From: an uncultured Actinomycetota bacterium
Lineage (GTDB): Bacteria > Actinomycetota > Actinomycetes > Actinomycetales > CAWJMD01
Direction of reading: 5' to 3'
DNA: 64,000 bases
Assembly (NCBI GenBank): GCA_963715595.1
Contig: OY970255.1
Location: 2,450,842 to 2,514,841 of the forward strand
The position numbers and the translations under genes are program-made. Positions 1 through 6,499 of this stretch are shown in pieces; positions within the stretch are counted from its first letter, which is position 1, and each line of letters starts with the position of its first letter. A model generated the notes under the pieces. The model did no database searches. It was not told the origin of the DNA and saw only the letters and a list, made by a program, of their open reading frames with translations.

Positions 1-250
1 GCCGATCTGCCGGCGCAGGTGCGGCACCTTCCACGAGCTCATCGCCGCGAGGTCGCGACCGGCCACGTGCACCGAGCCCGCGGTCGCGCGCTCCTCGCGC
101 AGCACCAGGCGCAGGAAGGTGGACTTGCCCGACCCCGAGGACCCCGACCAGGAAGACGAACTCGCCGCGGTCGACCTCGACGGTGACGTCGGCCAGGGCG
201 GGACGCTGCTGCTGGTCGTAGAGCATCGTCACGTCGTCGAAGCGGATCAC
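1..250 (-). CDS. ftsE: Cell-division ABC ATPase FtsE, N-terminal part (3' end lies outside the window)
   Basis: The reverse-strand translation starts at GTG (250): [50 protein letters not shown]..., with a Walker A motif. It lies directly downstream of prfB, as in the conserved prfB-ftsE-ftsX order. Confidence 0.85.
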   Translation of the reverse strand, partial: MIRFDDVTMLYDQQQRPALADVTVEVDRGEFVFLVGVLGVGQVHLPAPGAARGARDRGLGARGRSRPRGDELVEGAAPAPADR

Positions 251-317
251 GGAGATCGAGCATACGTGCGCGACCCGGACGTACCGGGACGGCCCGCGGG
301 CGTGCGTGTCGAGCCGG

Positions 318-1448
318 TCAGCCCGTCGCGGCGGCAGCGGCCTGCTCGCCCTGCTTGCGCCAGCGGATGCCGGCCTCGAGGAAGTCGTCGATGTCGCCGT
401 CGAACACGCCGCTGGTGTTGCCCATCTCGTGCTCGGTGCGCAGGTCCTTGACCATCTGGTACGGGTGCAGGACGTAGGAGCGCATCTGGTTGCCCCACGA
501 GCCGGAGTCGTCGCCCTTGAGCGCGTCCAGCTCGGCCTGGCGCTCCTTGCGGGCCCGCTCGAGCAGCTTGGCCTGCAGCACCCGCATCGCCGCCGCCTTG
601 TTCTGCAGCTGGCTCTTCTCGTTCTGGCAGGAGACCACGATGCCGCTCGGGAGGTGCGTGAGCCGCACCGCGGAGTCGGTGGTGTTGACGCTCTGCCCGC
701 CCGGGCCGGACGAGCGGTACACGTCGACCCGCAGCTCGTTCTCGGGGATCTCGATGTGGTCGGTCTCGGCGACGACGGGCAGCACCTCGACGCCGGCGAA
801 CGAGGTCTGGCGGCGGCCCTGGTTGTCGAACGGGGAGATCCGCACCAGCCGGTGGGTGCCCTGCTCGACCGAGAGGGTGCCGTAGGCGTACGGCGCGCTG
901 ACCGGAAGGTCGCCGACTTGATGCCGGCCTCCTCGGCGTAGGAGGTGTCGTAGACCTCGGTCGGGTAGCCGCGCCGCTCGGCCCAGCGCAGGTACATCCG
1001 CATCAGCATCTCGGCGAAGTCGGCGGCGTCGACGCCGCCCGCCTCCGACGCGGATCGTCACCAGCGCCTCGCGCTCGTCGTACTCGCCGGACAGCAGGGT
1101 GCGGACCTCGAGCTCGCCGAGCTGCTTGCGCAGCGCGCTCGAGCTCGACCGCGACTCCTCGAGCACGGCGGCGTCGGACTCCTCGCGCGGCGAGCTCGAC
1201 CAGCACCTCGAGGTCGTCGATGCGCGAGCCCATCCGCTCGACCCGGTCGAGCTCGGCCTGCTGGTGCGACAGCGCGCTGGTCACCTTCTGCGCGGCCTCG
1301 GGGTCGTCCCACAGGTCGGGCGCGGCGGCCTGCTCGCGACGAGCTCGGCGATCCGCGCGCGCAGCGCGGTGAGGTCGGTGACCTCGACGATCGAGTCGTA
1401 GGTCGTGCGCAGGGACCTGATCTCGGCAGGGAAGTCGACGGCAGCCAC
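318..1448 (-). pseudogene. prfB: Peptide chain release factor 2. The reading frame is broken four times as sequenced, as two compensated pairs.
   Basis: RF2 sequence is spread over three listed ORFs (1281..1580, 1003..1494, 318..1166). The fragments are [23 protein letters not shown].., [27 protein letters not shown].., ..[38 protein letters not shown].., then ..[40 protein letters not shown]...[11 protein letters not shown] and GGQ motifs are present. Frame switches occur near 1336, 1187, 1038 and 903. The total length of 1131 nt is a multiple of 3. Confidence 0.9.
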
Positions 1449-1591
1449 GACCGTCGAGACTACCGCCGACCGCTGCGGGGTCGTCGGACCGCACCCGGCC
1501 CCCTGGTCAGGGACGGGTCCGGTGTGGTCCACTCGACCGGTTCGTCCGGGTACGGGGGCCCTGCCACCCGGAGCGCGCACGAGGAGAGCCG

Positions 1592-3178
1592 ATGACCCGC
1601 ACCCGATCCCTGCTGATGGTCGCCGTCGCGACCTCGGTCGCCCTCGCGGGCGTGGTGGCCCCGGCGAACGCCGGACGCCCGTCGCCGCAGACCTCGCCGG
1701 TCCTGGCCGACCTGGACGCCGCGACCATCCCCCACATCCAGCGCGAGATGCGCCGCGGCACCCTCGACTCCGCCGCCCTCACCCGCGCCTACCTGCAGCG
1801 GATCGAGGACCTCGACGACGGGCTGAACGCCGTCCTCGAGGTCAACCCGCGGGCGATGGGCGAGGCGCGGTCCAGCGACCGCCACCGCGCGAGCTACGGC
1901 GCGCGCAGCGCGCTCGAGGGCGTGCCGGTGCTGCTCAAGGACAACATCGACACCCGCGTGCAGGGCGCCACCGCCGGCTCGCGGGCGCTGCTGGGCAGCC
2001 GTCCCGACGACGCCGGCATCGTGCGCCGGCTGCAGGCCGCCGGTGCCGTCGTCATCGGCAAGGCGAACCTGTCGGAGTGGGCCAACTTCCGCTCCGAGAT
2101 GTCGTCCAGCGGCTGGTCGGCCGTCGGCGGCCTCACCGGCAACGCCTACGTGCTCGACCGCAACCCGTGCGGCTCCTCGTCCGGCTCCGGCGCGGGCGTC
2201 GCGGCCTCGTTCGCCCAGGTGGCGGTCGGCACCGAGACCAACGGCTCGATCGTCTGCCCCGCGGCCGCCAACGGCGTCGTCGGCGTCAAGCCCACGCTCG
2301 GGCTGGTGAGTCGCGACGGCATCGTCCCGATCTCGGCCGAGCAGGACACCGCCGGCCCGATGGCCCGGCACACCGTCGACGCCGCGATCGCGCTGTCGGT
2401 GCTGCAGGGCCGCGACCGCGCCGACGCCGCCACCCACGAGATCCCCGCCGACCAGACCCGCGTCTACCAGCGTGCGCTCGACGCCGGCTCGCTCGACGGC
2501 GCCCGCATCGGCGTCTGGCTGCGCGGCGCCAGCGGCTCGCCGGAGGCCGACGCCGTCACCGAGCAGGCGGTCGCGGCCGTCGAGGCCGCGGGCGGCACCG
2601 TGGTCGACGTCTCACTGCCCTACCAGGACGTCGTGGGCGCCGACGGCTACGCGGCGCTGAAGTCGGAGTTCGTCCGCGACCTCGAGAAGTACCTGCAGGC
2701 CACCCCCGGCCGCCACCCCCGCACGCTGGAGGGCCTGATCGCCTTCAACGAGCAGGACCCGGTCGAGCTGGAGTACTTCGGCCAGAACATCTTCGAGCTG
2801 TCGCTCGCCGCACCGCCCGCCGGCTCCCCCGAGCACCTCGCCGCGCGCGAGCGGGCCACCTCGGCCGCCCGCGCCTCGATCGACGAGACGCTCGCCGCCT
2901 ACGACCTGGACGCGCTGATGGCGCCGACCAACAGTCCGGCGTGGGAGACCACGCTCGGCGAGGGCGACGCGTTCGTGTTCGGCACCTCGGGCCCGGCCGC
3001 CGTCGCCGGCTACCCGAACGTCACCGTGCCCGCGGGGTACGCCGGCGAGCTGCCCGTCGGGGTCAGCTTCTTCGGCGAGCGGTGGTCGGACGCCGAGCTG
3101 CTCTCGTACGCCTACGCGTTCGAGCAGCAGACCCAGGTGCGCCGGGCGCCGCAGCTGCTGCCGACGCTGGGTGACTGA
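1592..3178 (+). CDS. Secreted amidase (amidase-signature family)
   Basis: Intact 528-aa ORF with an N-terminal signal-like sequence (MTRTRSLLMVAVATSVALAGVVAPANA). It carries the amidase signature GGSSSGSGAGVAA...GTETNGSIVCPAA. An AGGAGAG RBS precedes the ATG. Confidence 0.85.
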   Translation: MTRTRSLLMVAVATSVALAGVVAPANAGRPSPQTSPVLADLDAATIPHIQREMRRGTLDSAALTRAYLQRIEDLDDGLNAVLEVNPRAMGEARSSDRHRASYGARSALEGVPVLLKDNIDTRVQGATAGSRALLGSRPDDAGIVRRLQAAGAVVIGKANLSEWANFRSEMSSSGWSAVGGLTGNAYVLDRNPCGSSSGSGAGVAASFAQVAVGTETNGSIVCPAAANGVVGVKPTLGLVSRDGIVPISAEQDTAGPMARHTVDAAIALSVLQGRDRADAATHEIPADQTRVYQRALDAGSLDGARIGVWLRGASGSPEADAVTEQAVAAVEAAGGTVVDVSLPYQDVVGADGYAALKSEFVRDLEKYLQATPGRHPRTLEGLIAFNEQDPVELEYFGQNIFELSLAAPPAGSPEHLAARERATSAARASIDETLAAYDLDALMAPTNSPAWETTLGEGDAFVFGTSGPAAVAGYPNVTVPAGYAGELPVGVSFFGERWSDAELLSYAYAFEQQTQVRRAPQLLPTLGD

Positions 3179-3200
3179 GCGAGCTGGCTGACGGCGTCAC

Positions 3201-4163
3201 CTACGCGTCGCGCAGCAGCGCGACGAGCGCGTCGAGCTCGCCCACCTCGCCGACCATCACCGAGGTGATGCCGAGCTCCTCGCGACAGCGCAGGAGCTTG
3301 TCGGCCAGCGCGCCGACCGGCCCGACGAACACGTGCGGGCTCTCGGCCAGCATGGCGACGTCGACGTGGGTGTCGGCTCGCGCAGCCAGGCTCGCCGCCA
3401 GGTCCTCGAGGTACGGCGTCGGGTCGTCGGTGACCGTGATCGGGTGCATCGACGGGTAGACGTTCAGCTCGAGCCGGTCGAAGCGCTCTCCCGCCGCGGC
3501 CCGCACCCAGGAGATCTTCTCCGCCGTCCCGGCGAAGGTGATGCTCGCCGGGTCGGCCACCGGCCCGCCGTCGAGCGCCGAGCGACGCAGGCGCGGGGCC
3601 AGCCCGACGGTCTGCGCGCGGGTGGCGGCGAGCTCGAGGGTGGCGCGGCCGCCGCCGCCCACGAAGAACGGCGGGTGCGGACGCTGCACCGGTTTGGGCA
3701 TCGCGTCGTAGCCCGTCACCCGGTAGTGCTCGCCGGCGTGGTCGAACGGGCCGTCGGCGAAGCAGCCCTCCAGCACGTCGAGCGCCTCGACCAGGCGGTC
3801 CTGGCGCACGCGCACGGCGTCGAACGGCAGGCCGACCGCCTCGTACTCGGCCCGGTTCCAGCCGGCGCCGATCGCGACCTCGACCCGGCCCTCGCTCAGC
3901 ACGTCGAGGGAGGCCAGCTCCTGGGCGAGCACCGCGGGGTGGCGCAGGTCGTTGTTCAGCACGAACGGCGCCACCCGCAGGGTCGTGGTGGCGGCGGCGG
4001 CGACCGCCATGGCCGGCACCGGCGCCAGCTGGTCGATCAGGTGGTCGGGGAAGACCAGCACGTCGACACCGGTGTCCTCGGCGCGCCGGGCGGTCGCGCC
4101 CAGCGTCCTCGCCGAGGCCGCGGTGCGGGCCTCGGCGAGGATGCGGAACGGCTTGTGCGACAT
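3201..4163 (-). CDS. LLM-class (luciferase-like) flavin/F420-dependent oxidoreductase
   Basis: The translation from ATG at 4163 (MSHKPFRILAEARTAA...DTGVDVLVFPDHL...RVEVAIGAGWNRAEYEAVG...) is typical of luciferase-like monooxygenase-family proteins. The listed ORF 3201..4367 was trimmed to this internal ATG. Confidence 0.75.
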   Translation of the reverse strand: MSHKPFRILAEARTAASARTLGATARRAEDTGVDVLVFPDHLIDQLAPVPAMAVAAAATTTLRVAPFVLNNDLRHPAVLAQELASLDVLSEGRVEVAIGAGWNRAEYEAVGLPFDAVRVRQDRLVEALDVLEGCFADGPFDHAGEHYRVTGYDAMPKPVQRPHPPFFVGGGGRATLELAATRAQTVGLAPRLRRSALDGGPVADPASITFAGTAEKISWVRAAAGERFDRLELNVYPSMHPITVTDDPTPYLEDLAASLAARADTHVDVAMLAESPHVFVGPVGALADKLLRCREELGITSVMVGEVGELDALVALLRDA

Positions 4164-4189
4164 GCGGTGTCGTCCGTCGTGTCTCGGCG

Positions 4190-4885
4190 TCAGCCGAAGA
4201 GCTGGCCGCCGCCGCTGCCGGCGGGCATCGGCGCACCCTCGCTCGGCTGCACGACGACGAAGCCGGGACCGTGGTAGGCGAGCTGGAAGTTCTCGCCCGA
4301 GCCGCGTCCGATCAGGGCGCCCAGACCGGCCGTGCGCACCACGCTCGGCACCAGGTTCGCCGACCACCCGAGGACGGCCTGCGGGTCGACGAAGACGGGC
4401 TGCTGCGAGCAGTCCATCAGCATCGGCGGGCCGTCGGAGGTGATCGCGACGGTGCCGCGCCCCTCCAGGACGGTGTTGAACAGCCCGGCCGAGGCCATCG
4501 CCCCGGCACCCTGGACGCGCTTGATGTCCCAGTTCAGCGTCGCGTCGAAGGCGAGCAGGTTGGAGCCGCCGATGCTGATGGCGTCACCCTCGAGCTCGAT
4601 CATGAAGATGTTCTCGGCCAGCCGGGCGAAGTAGCACAGGCCGCCGCCGCTCACGCGCATCAGCGGTGCGTCGTCGGAGCTGATCATGCGGCGCAGCAGG
4701 CGTCCCATCGAGCCGGAGCCCTCGTGGGCGAACGTGAGCTGGCCGGTGTAGGCGACCATCGCGCCCTTGGCCGCCAGCACGTCCGGCCCGAGGCCGACCC
4801 GGAGCATCTTGTCGCTCTGCAGCGCCCAGCGCTCCTGGGACGTCAGTGGTGCGGTGTGCTTGGCGTCGAACAGTGTGCTGCGCAA
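4190..4885 (-). CDS. AIM24 (DUF124) family protein
   Basis: The ORF reads ..TLFDAKHTAPLTSQERWALQSDKMLRVGLG...GRGTVAITSDGPPMLMD..., which is AIM24-like. I placed the start at TTG 4885, which has an AGGGGAG RBS 5 nt upstream. Confidence 0.7.
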   Translation of the reverse strand: MRSTLFDAKHTAPLTSQERWALQSDKMLRVGLGPDVLAAKGAMVAYTGQLTFAHEGSGSMGRLLRRMISSDDAPLMRVSGGGLCYFARLAENIFMIELEGDAISIGGSNLLAFDATLNWDIKRVQGAGAMASAGLFNTVLEGRGTVAITSDGPPMLMDCSQQPVFVDPQAVLGWSANLVPSVVRTAGLGALIGRGSGENFQLAYHGPGFVVVQPSEGAPMPAGSGGGQLFG

Positions 4886-4919
4886 CGGATCTCCCCTGTC
4901 GTGTGACCGCGGTGGCGCG

Positions 4920-5087
4920 TCACCACCACTCCTCGTCGAGCTTGCCCTCGATGCTGCGCATGTTCGCACGGGCGCACGCCTCGCACACCCACCTGGTGCG
5001 GCCGCGCTCGATGCCGGCCGACCAGCCCAGCGGCGGGGGGTCGGACGGTGAGCGGGTACCGCACCGCTGGCACACCACCTCGGGCAC
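4920..5087 (-). CDS. Small zinc-ribbon protein (55 aa, CxxC...CxxC)
   Basis: It is not in the ORF track because it is under 60 aa. From the GTG start it reads VPEVVCQRCGTRSPSDPPPLGWSAGIERGRTRWVCEACARANMRSIEGKLDEEWW*. By my count, 52 of 55 third codon positions are G/C, which indicates coding. Confidence 0.5.
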   Translation of the reverse strand: MPEVVCQRCGTRSPSDPPPLGWSAGIERGRTRWVCEACARANMRSIEGKLDEEWW

Positions 5088-5147
5088 GCAGCGAGCCTAG
5101 TGGCGCGCGGGGTCGTCGGGGCCCGGAACGGCGCACCCCGGGAACGA

Positions 5148-5188
5148 CGACGGACCCGGCCGAGCGGGTGCTCGGGCCGGGTCCGTCG
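5148..5188. terminator. GC-rich hairpin downstream of the whiB7 / 57-aa ORF unit
   Basis: The arms cgacggacccggccgag and ctcgggccgggtccgtcg form a 17-18 bp stem with one bulge and a 6-nt loop. The hairpin lies about 35 nt past the stop at 5222. The U-tract on the minus strand is weak. Confidence 0.4.
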
Positions 5189-5221
5189 GGTGGGCGGGTC
5201 GCGCTGCAGGTGCCGTCCCGC

Positions 5222-5395
5222 TCAGACGGCCACCAGTCGGGCGGCGCGACCGGCCCGGAGCAGCGCCCGCTCGGCGAGACGCTCCTGGCGCCTCGCCCGG
5301 CGCTGCGCGAGCAGCGCCCGCGCGAGGCGGTACCGCTCGGCATCCTGCTGGTCCTCGCGCACGCGGGCGCGGGCCAGCACGGCCTGGTCGTACAT
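5222..5395 (-). CDS. Small hypothetical protein (57 aa, Arg/Ala-rich helical)
   Basis: The start is ATG at 5395, preceded by AAGGAGAAGGAC. The sequence is MYDQAVLARARVREDQQDAERYRLARALLAQRRARRQERLAERALLRAGRAARLVAV*. Third-position G/C is about 93% by my count. Confidence 0.5.
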   Translation of the reverse strand: MYDQAVLARARVREDQQDAERYRLARALLAQRRARRQERLAERALLRAGRAARLVAV

Positions 5396-5436
5396 GTCCT
5401 TCTCCTTGCTCTCACGGGTGGCGGTGGTCGTCCGGC

Positions 5437-5988
5437 TCAGGCGACGAGCTCGTCGTCGCGCTGGGCCGGGACGGCCGAGATGCGGTAGCCGGCCGCCTCG
5501 ACGAGGCGGACGGCCGCCTCGTGGGCGGTGCGCTGCGCCGAGGCGGGCTCGGTGTAGCGCGGGTCGTCCTTGCGGGGACGGCCACGCGGCCGCTTGCGGG
5601 CGACCACGACGCCGTTCTCGAACAGCTCCCCGCCCCAGACGCCCCACGGCTCGCGCCGCTCGAGCGCGCCGGCGAGGCACGCGGTCGCGGCCGGGCAGTC
5701 GCCGCACAGCGACTTGGCGAGCTCGACCTCGGTCGGGGTGTCGGCGAACCAGAGCTCGCTGTCCTCCCGCTGGCACGGGGTCGCGCGCACCTGGGGCTGC
5801 GTGGGACGGGTGTCGGCGCCGCGGGCGCCGTCGTGGGGGCCGGTCTCGTGCTCGGTCTGCGCGAGCCGGTCGAGCAGTGCCGCGAGCTGCATCGCGGGCA
5901 CCTCCTCCGGGTTCGGGCCACGGTGGTGGCCGGAGCGGTTCTGGCTGGTCTGCCGGGTCTGGCTGGTCTGCTGGGTCGGGCTGCTCAC
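5437..5988 (-). CDS. whiB7: WhiB7/WblC-type Fe-S transcriptional activator with an AT-hook
   Basis: The core is ..PCQREDSELWFADTPTEVELAKSLCGDCPAATACLAGALERREPWGVWGGELFENGVVVARKRPRGRPRKDD... It matches the M. tuberculosis WhiB7 pattern (four Cys, EPWGVWGGE, KRPRGRPRK AT-hook). The region from GTG 5988 to ATG 5892 has 31/32 G/C at third codon positions, so I prefer the long start. The alternative start is ATG 5892, which has a GGAGGAGG RBS. Confidence 0.85.
   Translation of the reverse strand: MSSPTQQTSQTRQTSQNRSGHHRGPNPEEVPAMQLAALLDRLAQTEHETGPHDGARGADTRPTQPQVRATPCQREDSELWFADTPTEVELAKSLCGDCPAATACLAGALERREPWGVWGGELFENGVVVARKRPRGRPRKDDPRYTEPASAQRTAHEAAVRLVEAAGYRISAVPAQRDDELVA
5941..5976 (-). repeat. 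Tandem 18-nt direct repeat (2 copies, 17/18 identical) in the 5' part of whiB7
   Basis: The copies ctggctggtctgccgggt and ctggctggtctgctgggt are adjacent. On the coding strand they encode TQQTSQ/TRQTSQ. Confidence 0.8.
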
Positions 5989-6055
5989 TGCTGATCCCCC
6001 GTGTCGGGTGTTCGTCGGTCAGCTGTGCGGCGATCCGGTCGGAGCGCCTCGTGGA

Positions 6056-6099
6056 GGGACGAGAAAGGCCGCGGTCCCCCTGGTGGGGGTCCGCGGCCT
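6056..6099 (-). terminator. Intrinsic terminator / candidate attenuator in the whiB7 leader
   Basis: The minus strand reads AGGCCGCGGACCCCC-acca-GGGGGACCGCGGCCT, a 15-bp stem with one mismatch, followed by TTTCTCGTCC. It starts 40 nt after the stop of the 87-codon ORF and ends 77 nt before the whiB7 GTG. Confidence 0.5.
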
Positions 6100-6139
6100 G
6101 GTGGCTCCGGTGGTCGACCTCGTCGACCGGGTGGTCGAC

Positions 6140-6403
6140 CTAGGTCTGCCGGATGCCTCCAGGCGAGACGAACCCCGCGAACGGGTTGTAGCCCTCGGCG
6201 GGCTCGGTGCCGATGACGGCGACCGGACGGGTGCGGACGGCGAGGGACGCGTGCACGTCAGCGGTGCGCGGACGCACCTGTCCCGTGGTCGCCGGCAGAT
6301 CGCCCTGCACGCACCGCGTGCCCAGGAGCACGGAGGGGTCCTGGATGCCGGCGCGCGACAGCGCGATCGAGCTCTGCAGCGTCATGGTCGTCATGCTCTC
6401 CAC
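6140..6403 (-). CDS. 87-codon ORF between the WhiB7-type promoter and whiB7. It is either a candidate leader (u)ORF or a small hypothetical protein.
   Basis: The start is GTG 6403, with a GGAGAGGAGGGG RBS 8 nt upstream. The sequence is VESMTTMTLQSSIALSRAGIQDPSVLLGTRCVQGDLPATTGQ...EGYNPFAGFVSPGGIRQT*. About 92% of third positions are G/C by my count. I recognise no family. Confidence 0.55.
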   Translation of the reverse strand: MESMTTMTLQSSIALSRAGIQDPSVLLGTRCVQGDLPATTGQVRPRTADVHASLAVRTRPVAVIGTEPAEGYNPFAGFVSPGGIRQT

Positions 6404-6452
6404 GGTGGTCCCCTCCTCTCCTGCGTGCCAGCCCGCTCCGGGCTGTCGGTCG

Positions 6453-6496
6453 AGGTTAGAGCGGCGGGCGCGCAGGGGGCAACGCCTTTAACGACG
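6453..6496 (-). promoter_or_regulatory. Candidate sigmaA promoter with an upstream AT-rich WhiB7 (AT-hook) site
   Basis: The minus strand reads CGTCGTTAAAGGCG-TTGCCC-(18 nt)-TAACCT. The -35 is at 6477..6482 and the -10 at 6453..6458. The only AT-rich patch in the region sits 3 nt upstream of the -35. Confidence 0.4.
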
Positions 6497-6499
6497 GAT

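Noticed and set aside
1281-1580. Canonical programmed +1 ribosomal frameshift of prfB (CUU UGA C near codon 25)
   Set aside because: The N-terminal ~35 codons read through the equivalent position without an in-frame UGA, and I found no CTTTGAC context. The four observed frame switches are elsewhere, and they include both insertions and deletions.
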